Assembly: GCA_964581365.1 (NCBI GenBank)
Contig: CAZOOF010000001.1
Location: forward strand, 119,962 to 183,961
From: an uncultured Chromatiales bacterium
GTDB taxonomy: Bacteria > Pseudomonadota > Gammaproteobacteria > SZUA-140
Direction: 5' to 3'
Length of the DNA stretch: 64,000 nt
The position numbers and the translations under genes were made by a program. Positions 53,523-63,941 of the stretch are shown here, in pieces; the first letter of the stretch is position 1; every line of letters begins with the position of its first letter. The notes below the pieces were generated by a model that was not told the origin of the DNA, made no database searches, and worked only from the letters and a program-made list of their open reading frames with translations.

Positions 53523-53570
53523 GGAACGGGCCACAGTATAATCGACAGCAAGGAACGAAGTCATGCGCTC

Positions 53571-54254
53571 ATGAACAACGGAACAAACGCTCGCCCACCT
53601 GGTGTGTTGCTCGAACCCCCGACGCCTGCCGCAGCAGCGGTAATCTGGCTGCATGGACTTGGCGCCGACGGACATGATTTCGAATCCCTGGTCCCTTTAC
53701 TGGATCCTCACCCCGGCACGCGCTTCTTCTTCCCTCATGCGCCTCTACGCCCGATCACCATCAACGGGGGCGTAACCATGCGCGGCTGGTACGACATCAG
53801 GCATGACCGGACAGTGGAAGATGAGCCGGGAATCAGGGCGTCCGGCCAGGCCGTGCTCGACATGATCGCCCATGAAATGGCACTCGGCATACCAGCGGAG
53901 CGAATCGTTCTCGCCGGGTTTTCTCAGGGTGGCGCCATCGCGCTGCACGCCGGACTGCGCTTCCCCGGAAGGCTCGGAGGCATTCTCGCCCTGTCGACCT
54001 ACCTGCCGCTGGCCTCGCGCCTGGCCGATGAGGCGCATGCTGCGAGTCGCGAAACGCCGATCCTCATGATTCACGGGCGCTTCGACGAGATCATTCCGAT
54101 AACATCCGGACAGCGGTCGTTGCGGGCGCTCGAGGCCGCCGGCTACCGCCCCGAATGGCGCGAATTCCCCATGGGGCACACGGTTTCCGCCGAGGAGATA
54201 TCGGCGATTGCCTCATGGCTGCAGCGGACGACCGCTCCCGGCCCCTCGAAATAA
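53571..54254 (+). CDS. Carboxylesterase/phospholipase (alpha/beta hydrolase)
   Basis: WLHGLGADG, GFSQGG, HG..D, MGH. Confidence 0.92.
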   Translation: MNNGTNARPPGVLLEPPTPAAAAVIWLHGLGADGHDFESLVPLLDPHPGTRFFFPHAPLRPITINGGVTMRGWYDIRHDRTVEDEPGIRASGQAVLDMIAHEMALGIPAERIVLAGFSQGGAIALHAGLRFPGRLGGILALSTYLPLASRLADEAHAASRETPILMIHGRFDEIIPITSGQRSLRALEAAGYRPEWREFPMGHTVSAEEISAIASWLQRTTAPGPSK

Positions 54255-54323
54255 ATCTGCAAATCAAGTTCTTGGAAAGCCTGCACTAACCCGGCCTTCA
54301 GTGCGGCCACTCGCGGCCGTTAC

Positions 54324-55442
54324 ATGATAAGGCACGAGCACGGCTCTTCGAGGTGCGCATTGGCTGCGACAAAATTCGCCATTGATCAGACGCAGTTCTC
54401 CACATTTTCCCCCCTGGACAGGCTCGCGCCGCAAGCGGTCATCGAGTTACTGAACCACTCCCGGATCGATCGTCTGCCGCCCGGGCGGCGGCTGTTCTCT
54501 CGCGGGGAGACGGACGGGGAAACGATATTTCTCCTCTCCGGACAACTGGTGCTCGTCGCCGAAGGTCCCGCCACCACGGTGAGGGCACAGACCGAGGACG
54601 CGCGCGCTCCGATCGGCGAGGGACAGCCACGTCCGCAGACCGCGATTGCGCATACAGCCGCAACCGTACTCCGCGTCGACTCGGAGATACTGCGCAAACT
54701 GCTGAGCAGCGAAGAATCAGACAGCCGGAACGCCGTCGCTGCAAGCGATGGAGCCGCAATCAACGGGCAAGGGATGCCCGCTTCGCCCCCGATGCATCCC
54801 GCGCCCGGACAGGAAGACCCTCTCCCGGCGCTCTTCGAGAGACTTCCGCCCGTGCATCGGCGCCTGCTGCGCCGCAGGATGACCAAAGTGGAACTCGCCG
54901 CAGGCGCCGAAGTGGCGCGCCAGGGCGATAAATGCCTGCATTTCGACCTGATCGAACAAGGCACCCTGCGGCTTCGTCGCCGCGGCCGCGGCGCTGAGCG
55001 CCGCCTGCTGCCAGGGGACGCCGTAGGCGCCGAAGTGCTGCTGGCGGGGGGCACTCGCCATGAGGCGACGGTTACCGCAGCGGATGATTGCGTGCTGCTC
55101 CGCGTCCCGCGTCAGGAATTCCTCGCCCTGGTCGCCAGACACTACTGTCGCCGCGTCAGTCCAGCCGATCTGCCCGCCTTCATCTCCAGCGGCGAGGTCA
55201 CCGTGCTCGACCTGCGCTCCGCGGCGGCGTATCGCCGCTCGCATCTGCCGGACAGCATCAATTTCCCGCTGCCTCTGCTGCTCGGCGCATGCTCCACGCT
55301 GGATCCCAGGCGCCGCTATGTCCTGGTCGGTGACAACGTCCGCCACTGCGCTGGCGCCGCCTTCCGGCTTGCACAGCATGGCGCCAGCACGCTCATGCTG
55401 TACGATCCAATAAAGACGATCCTGCAATCTCGCCCGAAATGA
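54324..55442 (+). CDS. Tandem cyclic-nucleotide-binding domains plus rhodanese-like domain
   Basis: LFSRGE...FLLSG and RQGD...LIEQG cNMP-like repeats; LDLRS...HLPDSINFP rhodanese-like end. Confidence 0.7.
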   Translation: MIRHEHGSSRCALAATKFAIDQTQFSTFSPLDRLAPQAVIELLNHSRIDRLPPGRRLFSRGETDGETIFLLSGQLVLVAEGPATTVRAQTEDARAPIGEGQPRPQTAIAHTAATVLRVDSEILRKLLSSEESDSRNAVAASDGAAINGQGMPASPPMHPAPGQEDPLPALFERLPPVHRRLLRRRMTKVELAAGAEVARQGDKCLHFDLIEQGTLRLRRRGRGAERRLLPGDAVGAEVLLAGGTRHEATVTAADDCVLLRVPRQEFLALVARHYCRRVSPADLPAFISSGEVTVLDLRSAAAYRRSHLPDSINFPLPLLLGACSTLDPRRRYVLVGDNVRHCAGAAFRLAQHGASTLMLYDPIKTILQSRPK

Positions 55443-56659
55443 TCAACGATTACTATCTTGGCCGGCAGCCCATTTACGATACGACGCAGCAGGTCATAGG
55501 TTACGAACTGCTGTTCCGTCAGCGTGACGGATCATGGAGCAATCCGGTCGATGGCGATCAGGCGACCAGCCGCGTCATCATGCACAGCTTCTGGGAGCTC
55601 GGCCTCAGCAAGGTTGTGGGCGATTACAAGGCATTCATCAATGTCACCCGGGGTTTCCTCCTGGACCCCGAACTGTTGCCGCCGCCCGGACCTCAGCTCG
55701 TGCTCGAGATCCTCGAAGACATCGTCATCGACGATGAAGTAACCAGCGCGGTGCGTGAACTGAAGGCGCGCGGCTATACGATTGCTCTCGACGACTTCAT
55801 CTACCACGAAGATCTGGAGCCGCTGATCGCGCTCGCCGACATCATCAAACTCGACGTGATGGAGTTGGGCGCCGAGCGGTTGGCCGAACACTCCCGAGTG
55901 TTGCGTCAGCACTCTCTGAAGCTGCTGGCGGAGAAGGTCGAAACTCCCGAGGTCTACGAATACTGCGTCGGACTGGGATTCGACTACTTTCAGGGATATT
56001 TCCTGTGCCGCCCTCGCGTCCTCAAGGGCAAGCGCATGCCGGCCAACCGTGTCAACGCGCTGCGTCTCATGGCCGGATTGCAGGCACGGGATCTCGACCT
56101 TGCCGCTCTCGAGAAAATCATCTCCCACGATCCCGCGCTCAGCTATCGCCTGCTGCGCTACATCAACTCGGCAGCGTTTTCGCCCCCCAACCCCATTCGC
56201 TCGATTCGCCATGCCATCGTGTATCTGGGCGAGAATGAAATCCGGCGCTGGGCCACGCTGCTCGCCCTCGCCGGCATCGACGACAAACCGGAAGCATTGA
56301 TCGCCACCTCTCTGATTCGCGCACGCATGTGTGAGATGATCACGGCGCTCGAAGGCGAACGCGGCAAGGAATCCGCATTCATCGTCGGGCTATTCTCCAC
56401 GCTCGATGCTCTCATGGACCTGCCCCTCGATGATGTCCTGTCGTCCCTGCCCCTGTCCTCCGATATCGTCGATGCTCTGCTGCATCGCACCGGGCCATAT
56501 GCCCATGCGCTGGACATCACGCTGTCGCATGAACGGGGAGACTGGGACGTGCTGGAGGGCGAACACATCATCTCCGACGTCATATCGACCATCTATCTCG
56601 AAGCGCTCGAGTGGAGCGAGCAGATCACCAGGAGCGTGCGTCACAACGTCGGTAACTGA
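55439..56659 (+). CDS. EAL + HDOD domain protein (YuxH-like)
   Basis: RQPI, YELLFR, ALDDF, AEKVE, FQGYF; DPAL...INS, GLFS.LDA. Confidence 0.9.
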   Translation: MINDYYLGRQPIYDTTQQVIGYELLFRQRDGSWSNPVDGDQATSRVIMHSFWELGLSKVVGDYKAFINVTRGFLLDPELLPPPGPQLVLEILEDIVIDDEVTSAVRELKARGYTIALDDFIYHEDLEPLIALADIIKLDVMELGAERLAEHSRVLRQHSLKLLAEKVETPEVYEYCVGLGFDYFQGYFLCRPRVLKGKRMPANRVNALRLMAGLQARDLDLAALEKIISHDPALSYRLLRYINSAAFSPPNPIRSIRHAIVYLGENEIRRWATLLALAGIDDKPEALIATSLIRARMCEMITALEGERGKESAFIVGLFSTLDALMDLPLDDVLSSLPLSSDIVDALLHRTGPYAHALDITLSHERGDWDVLEGEHIISDVISTIYLEALEWSEQITRSVRHNVGN

Positions 56660-56736
56660 ACTCGCGCTCGAAGACCCATTGTATTGGTGTACTATGGCCG
56701 TCTGCCCCGATGAAGGGAGTTTTTCAGGCGACCGAC

Positions 56737-58218
56737 ATGGAGCCGAAGGTTCACCAGCCATCGATCGATCTCGAATTACTGCTGGACAGCTTGCGCTCGA
56801 TTCTGCCGCCGGATGCGATATTGCATGAAGCGGAGCAACTGGCCCCCTGGGAGTGCGATGGTCTCTCTGCCTACCGCCAGCGGCCACTGCTGGTCTGTCT
56901 GCCCGACACAGTGGATCAGCTCCAGGCGCTGCTCCGGCTGTGCCACGAGCGCCGGATTCCCGTAGTTGCCCGCGGCGCAGGCACCGGATTATCTGGCGGC
57001 GCCCTGCCCGATGCCGAAGGGATTCTGATCGGCCTTGCCAGGTTCAACCGCATACTGGAGATCGATCCAGCCAATCGCCTGGCGCGGGTCGAGCCCGGCG
57101 TACGCAACATCGCCGTGTCGGAAGCGGGCGCCGCTCACGGGCTTTACTACGCTCCGGATCCGTCCTCCCAGATTGCATGCACCATAGGCGGCAACATTGC
57201 CGAGAACGCGGGCGGCGTTCACTGCCTCAAGTACGGCTTGACCGTCCACAATGTGGTGGCAATGAAAGTGCTGACCATGGATGGCACGCTCCTCGAACTT
57301 GGCGACGGCGCGCCTGACACACCCGGATACGATCTGCTGGCACTGATGACCGGCTCGGAAGGTCTGCTCGGCATCGTGATAGAAGCGACATTACGCCTGT
57401 TACCGTTGCCGGCATCAACACGCGTCCTGCTCGCCGCTTTCGATGCAGTGGGTCCGGCAGCGAGCACGGTCGGTGACATCATCGGCGCCGGCATCATCCC
57501 GGCGGGACTCGAGCTGATGGACAGGCTCGCCATCCACGCCGCCGAAGATTACGCTGCGGCGGGCTATCCACGTGACGCTGCCGCTATCCTGCTGTGCGAG
57601 CTCGACGGCGATGCCGATGACCTCGATGCGCGAATGCGCCAGATTCAGACCCTCGCCACCGCTCGTGGCGCGACCCGCATCGACATCGCTACCGATGCGG
57701 CCGAACGGCGCCGGCTCTGGGCCGGCCGCAAGGCCGCTTTCCCCGCCATGGGCAGAATCGCTCCCGACTACTACTGCATGGACGGCACCATTCCACGGCG
57801 CTGCCTGCCGGAGGTCCTGGAACGTATCTCCGAATGGTCCTCGGAGTACGGATTAGCGGTCGCCAACGTGTTCCACGCGGGTGATGGCAACCTGCACCCG
57901 CTCATCCTCTACGACGCCAATCAGCCCGGGGAGCTCGAACGGGTCGAGGAATTCGGCAGCAGGATTCTCGAGCTGTGCGTGCAGGTCGGCGGCACGATCA
58001 CCGGTGAACATGGCGTGGGGGTCGAAAAGATCGATCAGATGTGCGTGCAATTCAGCGACGCCGAGCTGCAACAGTTTCATCTGATCAAAGACGCCTTTGA
58101 TCCACATCGGCTGCTCAATCGCGGCAAGGCGATTCCCAGTCTGCATCGCTGCGCCGAGCTCGGTCGCATGCACGTGCACGCGGGGAAGCTTCCACACCCG
58201 GAACTCGAACGGTTCTGA
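56737..58218 (+). CDS. glcD: Glycolate oxidase subunit D
   Basis: RGAGTGLSGGA, APDPSS, HAGDGNLHP, GEHGVG. Confidence 0.93.
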   Translation: MEPKVHQPSIDLELLLDSLRSILPPDAILHEAEQLAPWECDGLSAYRQRPLLVCLPDTVDQLQALLRLCHERRIPVVARGAGTGLSGGALPDAEGILIGLARFNRILEIDPANRLARVEPGVRNIAVSEAGAAHGLYYAPDPSSQIACTIGGNIAENAGGVHCLKYGLTVHNVVAMKVLTMDGTLLELGDGAPDTPGYDLLALMTGSEGLLGIVIEATLRLLPLPASTRVLLAAFDAVGPAASTVGDIIGAGIIPAGLELMDRLAIHAAEDYAAAGYPRDAAAILLCELDGDADDLDARMRQIQTLATARGATRIDIATDAAERRRLWAGRKAAFPAMGRIAPDYYCMDGTIPRRCLPEVLERISEWSSEYGLAVANVFHAGDGNLHPLILYDANQPGELERVEEFGSRILELCVQVGGTITGEHGVGVEKIDQMCVQFSDAELQQFHLIKDAFDPHRLLNRGKAIPSLHRCAELGRMHVHAGKLPHPELERF

Positions 58219-58219
58219 C

Positions 58220-59281
58220 ATGGACCGCAATCTCGAACAGCAACTGCGCCAGGCGGTGCAACGGGCCTGCGAGAAGCGCACACCGCTGTGCATCCAGGGC
58301 AACGGCAGCAAATCCTTCTACGGGCGGACCGCACGCGGTGAACCCTTGCGTGTCGCGGATCATCGCGGCATCGTCGCCTATGAACCCGGCGAGCTCACCA
58401 TTACCGTTCGTTGCGGCACAAGGGTAAAGGATGTCGAATCAGTGCTCGCAAGTGAGAACCAAATGCTGGCGTTCGAACCGCCACGTCATACCGATGACGC
58501 AACCATGGGCGGCATCCTGGCATGCGGGTTTTCCGGCCCGCGCCGCATGCATGCGGGCAGCGTGCGCGATTCCCTGCTCGGGCTGAGCTGCATCAGCGGC
58601 GAAGGCCGGACGCTGCGGCTCGGCGGCGCGGTGATGAAGAATGTTGCCGGATTCGATGCCTTCCGCCTGATGGTCGGCGCCATGGGTACGCTCGCCGTCA
58701 TGCTGGATGCGACATTCAAGGTTCTGCCGCGCAGCGAATGCCACGATACCCGGGTGTTCGAGTGTGACGCGGATCAGGCGATCGCCATGATGAATGCATG
58801 GGCATCACGCCCAATCCCCGTGAGCGCCACGGCGTGGCACGATGGGCGCCTCTATGCGCGCCTCGAAGGAACTGCGGAAGCGGTGGCTGGCGCGCAGCGG
58901 GAACTGGGCGGAGACGGACTGGACGACGCCAGCGGGTTCTGGCGCGCGCTGCGTGATCATCGGCACTCCTGGCTGTCACGTCCTGACATGCTGTGGCGCA
59001 TCGCCCTGCCCCCGGCAACCCCGCAGCTGCCGATCGTCGGCGAATGGCTGATCGAATGGGGCGGCGCCCAGCGCTGGCTCAGAACCGCCATGGCGCCGAA
59101 ATTCGTGCGCGAAATGTGCGTGCGATACCGTGGACATGCGACGGTCTATCGTGGCGGCGACCGGGATGGGAGCGTTTTTCATCCGCTTCCCGCACCGGTA
59201 CTGCAAATGCATCGGCGACTCAAGGAAGCGTTCGATCCGCGCGGCATCCTCAATCCGCAACGCCTTTACCGGGAACTCTGA
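58220..59281 (+). CDS. glcE: Glycolate oxidase FAD subunit E
   Basis: YEPGEL, FEPP, SGPRR, VMKNVAGFD, EWGGAQRW, FDP.GILNP. Confidence 0.93.
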   Translation: MDRNLEQQLRQAVQRACEKRTPLCIQGNGSKSFYGRTARGEPLRVADHRGIVAYEPGELTITVRCGTRVKDVESVLASENQMLAFEPPRHTDDATMGGILACGFSGPRRMHAGSVRDSLLGLSCISGEGRTLRLGGAVMKNVAGFDAFRLMVGAMGTLAVMLDATFKVLPRSECHDTRVFECDADQAIAMMNAWASRPIPVSATAWHDGRLYARLEGTAEAVAGAQRELGGDGLDDASGFWRALRDHRHSWLSRPDMLWRIALPPATPQLPIVGEWLIEWGGAQRWLRTAMAPKFVREMCVRYRGHATVYRGGDRDGSVFHPLPAPVLQMHRRLKEAFDPRGILNPQRLYREL

Positions 59282-59284
59282 ACC

Positions 59285-60535
59285 GTGCGGACACACATCG
59301 ACCAAGACATCGCCGGACCTGATACACAGGATGCGGAATCCATTCTGCGCAGTTGCGTGCATTGTGGCTTCTGTAACGCGACCTGCCCCACCTATCGCCT
59401 CCTGGGTAATGAACTCGACGGGCCGCGGGGGCGCATCTATCTGATGATGCAGATGCTGGAGGGCGCGCCGGTAGGCGACGCCACCGTACGCCATCTGGAT
59501 CGCTGCCTTACCTGCCGCTCGTGCGAGACTACTTGCCCTTCAGGAGTCGCATACAGCCACCTGCTCGATATCGGCCGCGCGCATGCAGAGCGACTGCACC
59601 GGCGGCCCTGGCGGGAGCGAACTCTGCGCCGCCTGCTGCGCGCTATCCTGCCCAGCACGAAGCGGGTACGGTTGACCCTGCGCCTCGCCCCCGTTCTGCG
59701 CGGCGTCATGCCGGCTGCGCTCTCCGCCGCGCTGCCCTCACGCACGCAAAGGGCGACAGGCGCCGAGTGGCCGCAACCACGTCACGCCCGCCGCATGATT
59801 ATCCTGCAAGGCTGCGTGCAGACCGCGACCCACCCGGGCATCGACATCGCGGCGGCAAAAGTACTCGACCGGCGCGGCATCAGCCTGCTGCGGCTTCCTG
59901 ACGGAAATTGCTGCGGGGCAGTCGAGCATCATCTTGCCGCGGGCGAGGAAGCGAGATCGCGCATGATCCGCAATCTGAACGCATGGCTGCCGGCAATCGA
60001 AGAAGGAGCCGAGGCGATCATCTCGACCTCGAGCGCATGCACCTCCATGCTGAAGGATTACGGCAGACTGCTCGGGCACGATCCGGAATACGGATCGCTG
60101 GCCCTGCGTGTTGCGGGCATGGTACGCGACATCAGCGAAGTGCTCGCGTCGCTGCCCGCGCCCGCCATCGACAACCCTGCTTCCGGCAAGGATTCTCCAG
60201 CTCGCCGCATCGCCTACCATGCCCCCTGTTCGCTCCAGCACGGACTGCGCAGCCAAGATGCAGTGGCCGCTGCGCTCGTCGCATGCGGATACGAACTCGA
60301 ACCGGTGGCCGACGCCCATCTGTGCTGCGGCGCCGCGGGAACCTATTCGATTCTGCAGCCCGAGCTGTCCGGGGAATTGCGGCGAGAGAAGATCGCCGCG
60401 CTCCAGGCCGGGAGCCCGTCCGCGATTGCCACTGCGAATATCGGCTGCCTGATACACTTGGACCAGGCAGCCGCAGTCCCGGTCCGCCACTGGATAGAGC
60501 TGGTCGATGAAGCCGAGCAGAACGCACGGCGGTGA
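59285..60535 (+). CDS. glcF: Glycolate oxidase Fe-S subunit F
   Basis: CVHCGFCNATCP, CLTCRSCETTCP, two CCG domains. Confidence 0.93.
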   Translation: MRTHIDQDIAGPDTQDAESILRSCVHCGFCNATCPTYRLLGNELDGPRGRIYLMMQMLEGAPVGDATVRHLDRCLTCRSCETTCPSGVAYSHLLDIGRAHAERLHRRPWRERTLRRLLRAILPSTKRVRLTLRLAPVLRGVMPAALSAALPSRTQRATGAEWPQPRHARRMIILQGCVQTATHPGIDIAAAKVLDRRGISLLRLPDGNCCGAVEHHLAAGEEARSRMIRNLNAWLPAIEEGAEAIISTSSACTSMLKDYGRLLGHDPEYGSLALRVAGMVRDISEVLASLPAPAIDNPASGKDSPARRIAYHAPCSLQHGLRSQDAVAAALVACGYELEPVADAHLCCGAAGTYSILQPELSGELRREKIAALQAGSPSAIATANIGCLIHLDQAAAVPVRHWIELVDEAEQNARR

Positions 60536-60567
60536 ACGATACACAAACGACAGAGGGAGCAGTACTC

Positions 60568-61749
60568 ATGACAATCGGTTCATTCAACCCGCCACAGCGA
60601 ACACTCATGGGGCCGGGCCCTTCCGACGTCAGCCCGCGCGTGCTGGCGGCCATGGCGCGACCGACTCTCGGCCATCTGGATCCTGCTTTCGTCGCCATGA
60701 TGGAAGAGGTCAAGAAGATGCTGCAGGATGCCTTTCTTACCTCCAACGCCCTTACCTTCCCGGTATCGGCACCCGGCTCTGCCGGCATGGAAACCTGCTT
60801 CGTGAATCTGGTGCAGCCCGGCGACAAGGTGATCGTATGCCAGAACGGCGTGTTCGGCGGCCGCATGAAGGAGAACGTGCTGCGCTGCGGCGGCGTACCG
60901 GTGATGGTGGAGGACACCTGGGGTCGCGCCATCGATCCGCAGAAACTCGAGGATGCGCTGCGCGCACACACCGACGCCAGGATCGTTGCTTTCGTGCATG
61001 CCGAAACCTCGACCGGCGCCTGCAGCGATGCCCGCCTGCTCACCGAGATCGCGCATCGGCACGATTGCCTGACCATCGTCGATGCGGTGACCTCACTCGG
61101 GGGCATACCGCTGCGAGTGGATGACTGGCAACTGGATGCGGTGTACTCGGGCACCCAAAAATGTCTGTCCTGTGTTCCGGGCCTGTCTCCCGTGACATTC
61201 AGTGATCGGGCCCGAGAGGCCATCAGCACGCGCAGCAAAGCGGTCCAGAGCTGGTTCCTCGATCTCTCCCTGGTGATGTCCTACTGGGGTAGCGATGGCA
61301 AGCGCAGCTATCACCATACCGCGCCGGTCAACACTCTCTATGCATTGCACGAAGCGCTGGTGATCCTGCATGAGGAAGGGCTGGAAAACTCCTGGAAGCG
61401 GCACTCGCGCGGTCACGAGGCTCTGCGCGCCGGCCTCGAAGCCATGGGTCTCGAATTCATCGTTCCAGCTGGAGAGCGTCTGCCCCAACTCAACGCCATT
61501 CGCATACCCGCTGGCATCGATGACGCCACCGTGCGCTCGCGCCTGCTGCGCGAATACCAGCTCGAGATCGGCGCTGGGCTGGGTGTGATGGCAGGCAAAG
61601 TATGGCGCATCGGTCTCATGGGCCACGCCTGCACGGAGCGCAATGTTCTATTGTGCCTGGGCGCTCTGGAAGATGTGCTCGGATCACTCGGAGCACCGGT
61701 CAACAGAGGAGCGGCGCTCGCCGCTGCACACGCAACCTTCGCTGCCTGA
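60568..61749 (+). CDS. Alanine/serine--glyoxylate aminotransferase (class V PLP)
   Basis: MGPGP, HAETSTG, DAVTS, SGTQK, YHHT, WRIGLMG. Confidence 0.92.
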   Translation: MTIGSFNPPQRTLMGPGPSDVSPRVLAAMARPTLGHLDPAFVAMMEEVKKMLQDAFLTSNALTFPVSAPGSAGMETCFVNLVQPGDKVIVCQNGVFGGRMKENVLRCGGVPVMVEDTWGRAIDPQKLEDALRAHTDARIVAFVHAETSTGACSDARLLTEIAHRHDCLTIVDAVTSLGGIPLRVDDWQLDAVYSGTQKCLSCVPGLSPVTFSDRAREAISTRSKAVQSWFLDLSLVMSYWGSDGKRSYHHTAPVNTLYALHEALVILHEEGLENSWKRHSRGHEALRAGLEAMGLEFIVPAGERLPQLNAIRIPAGIDDATVRSRLLREYQLEIGAGLGVMAGKVWRIGLMGHACTERNVLLCLGALEDVLGSLGAPVNRGAALAAAHATFAA

Positions 61750-61789
61750 GCCGTCGATCAGTCCGCGGGAGCGCAGCGCTCCCGCGGAT

Positions 61790-63859
61790 TCATTCTTCCC
61801 TCTGACGGACCAGCAGCAGCAACCCCCTGCCTTGCGCACCCGCCGCCTCGGTTTGTACCGCAAGCGCAATGAAGTCTCCGCTCGCGTCGGCAGCCCCCAC
61901 CCCCACGATCTGCTCCCGGTCTCCGTCGGCACGTTCCAGCGTCAGCTCCAGACGGATGGCGCCGTTTTCGTCGACGAGATAAGTGCCGGGCATCACGGCG
62001 GTCTCCTCGGTGAGCTCGGCCCTGATCACGCGGGGTTCTACCGCCCCCAGGGTGAAGGTGCGGGAAAGCAGATCCGCTTCATCGATCAGCCCGTCTTCTG
62101 CGCTCATATGCAGCCGGCCATGGCGTGTGGAAACTGCGAGGGAATGGCTGCCGGTCTCCGGATCCTCGACGATGCGATTGGTGTACTCGACAACATGGTA
62201 TCCGCCGGACACAGGAGGCGGACCATTTTCCGAGTGACGGATCGCCACCGCCAGGATGCGCTCCAGACGCTCTTCAACGACGGCCGACATTTCCATGACC
62301 GCCATACGGCCGTCGGCGCTGACGATGCCGGCGCCGATGCGCGATCCGGCGTCATCATTCGCGCGCAGCTCCATCAAGCCAGTGCCGGCAACGACCCGGA
62401 ACAATCCGGAGGCGGGAACGATGGTAACGAAGCCCGAGTCGGAGGGATCACCGGCTTCGGCATCGAGAGTCAATGCACCTCGTCCGGGTCCCGACAGAAA
62501 CCCGCCGTAGTCACCGGGTTCCTGCTCGCCGATGAACGCGCGCGATTGCGGCGCGCTGTCGAAAGTCATGTCGCCGCCACCGGCGCCGACAGCCACGCCG
62601 GCTTCAATGCCGGGCGCATAGGAATGAAACATCCGCACCAGATGGTACTGCGTGGCTTCCGCACCGAGGGGATCGAGCCGAGTGAGCGTCTCGGCCGCAA
62701 AGACAGGCTGCGGCCAGCGGCTCACGAAACGCAGGCCAGCGCCGGCGGCAACGAGTCCGCTGGCGCTATCGAAGGTCACCGCCAGGGGGTGCACCATGAG
62801 CGTTCCATCGGCGGTGATCGCGCCCGGCGTCACCGCAACCGCCGGGCGCGATGAATCGAGCAGCAAGGCCTGTCCGTCCGGGGAAACGGCATGCGCCTGT
62901 CCGCCGAGATCATTGCCGGGGATGAGATCCTCAGCGGCATCGGTCCGTACCGCCCGGTCCGGATCCGCGGCGAAGACATCGCGCACGAATACCGTGCGCG
63001 GAACGAAGGCGCGATCCGCGCGCCCACTGGCGTCGACAGTGAGCACGCCCACGCCGCTGGCCACATCGACACCGCCGCTGAACCCTTCTGCTGGCGCCAG
63101 CAAAGGGTCACGGAGTGTGGAGGTGAATTCGATGACACCATGATCACCCTCGCCGACCACCGTTTCATCGCTGCCGCTGAACATGGCGAGCATCCTGTCG
63201 AAGCGCCCTCCCGCTCGATCCTCCAGCCGCACAATGGTTTCATCGAACCCATCCGCCGCCTCCACCCGCAATCCCTCCAGATATCCGGAGAGCGCCGCCA
63301 GCTCGGTGCGCGAGTATCCGGACAATCGCTCTCCTTCCTGGATCCGGCTTTCGACCCGCCGTACGGCAAGTTCGGACGCAGGGGTCAGCTCCAGACGCTC
63401 TCCGGTGACGAATGCGCGGATTACTTCGGTGCGCAGCGAGGCGCGCAGCAAAAGCATGCCCTGAGGAGGAACACCATCGATGACGAAAGCGCCGTCGGCA
63501 TCACTGGTGACGGTCGCCAGCGCCGAGCCCGATAGCGCCCCACTATCATCGACGCGCAACAGCTCCACCTGCGCGCCCGATACCGGGATCAGTCCTGGCG
63601 AGGCAGCCTGGGCATAGCCGCTGAGAAAGCGCAGAACGGCGGCGAACAGGCCCCTGCCGGAACCGACCACGAGCTGGTCCGAGGTAGATAGCACGCGGCC
63701 GACGACCCGGGGTGGATTGAGTTCGCCTTCTGCCGCGGATGGGGAGGCATCGTCGTCACTGCCACATCCTGCTGCCAGGATCACACATGCCGCCACCGCG
63801 CAGATGCGCAGCGAGCCAGGAAATCGAAAACGGGGGAGGACCGCCGGTTGGATATACAT
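61790..63859 (-). CDS. Large hypothetical lipoprotein with three beta-rich repeat domains
   Basis: Lipobox LAAG-C; V.GA.V.L...TSDADG.F Ig-like segment; three ~150-aa repeats; start 63859 or 63904. Confidence 0.78.
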   Translation of the reverse strand: MYIQPAVLPRFRFPGSLRICAVAACVILAAGCGSDDDASPSAAEGELNPPRVVGRVLSTSDQLVVGSGRGLFAAVLRFLSGYAQAASPGLIPVSGAQVELLRVDDSGALSGSALATVTSDADGAFVIDGVPPQGMLLLRASLRTEVIRAFVTGERLELTPASELAVRRVESRIQEGERLSGYSRTELAALSGYLEGLRVEAADGFDETIVRLEDRAGGRFDRMLAMFSGSDETVVGEGDHGVIEFTSTLRDPLLAPAEGFSGGVDVASGVGVLTVDASGRADRAFVPRTVFVRDVFAADPDRAVRTDAAEDLIPGNDLGGQAHAVSPDGQALLLDSSRPAVAVTPGAITADGTLMVHPLAVTFDSASGLVAAGAGLRFVSRWPQPVFAAETLTRLDPLGAEATQYHLVRMFHSYAPGIEAGVAVGAGGGDMTFDSAPQSRAFIGEQEPGDYGGFLSGPGRGALTLDAEAGDPSDSGFVTIVPASGLFRVVAGTGLMELRANDDAGSRIGAGIVSADGRMAVMEMSAVVEERLERILAVAIRHSENGPPPVSGGYHVVEYTNRIVEDPETGSHSLAVSTRHGRLHMSAEDGLIDEADLLSRTFTLGAVEPRVIRAELTEETAVMPGTYLVDENGAIRLELTLERADGDREQIVGVGAADASGDFIALAVQTEAAGAQGRGLLLLVRQREE

Positions 63860-63941
63860 CCCTGTCTCTTGCCTCCATGCAGGACCGGATGGATACACTG
63901 TCACCGTCAGCGGCTACCGCAGACGCGACAGATCATGCGGT

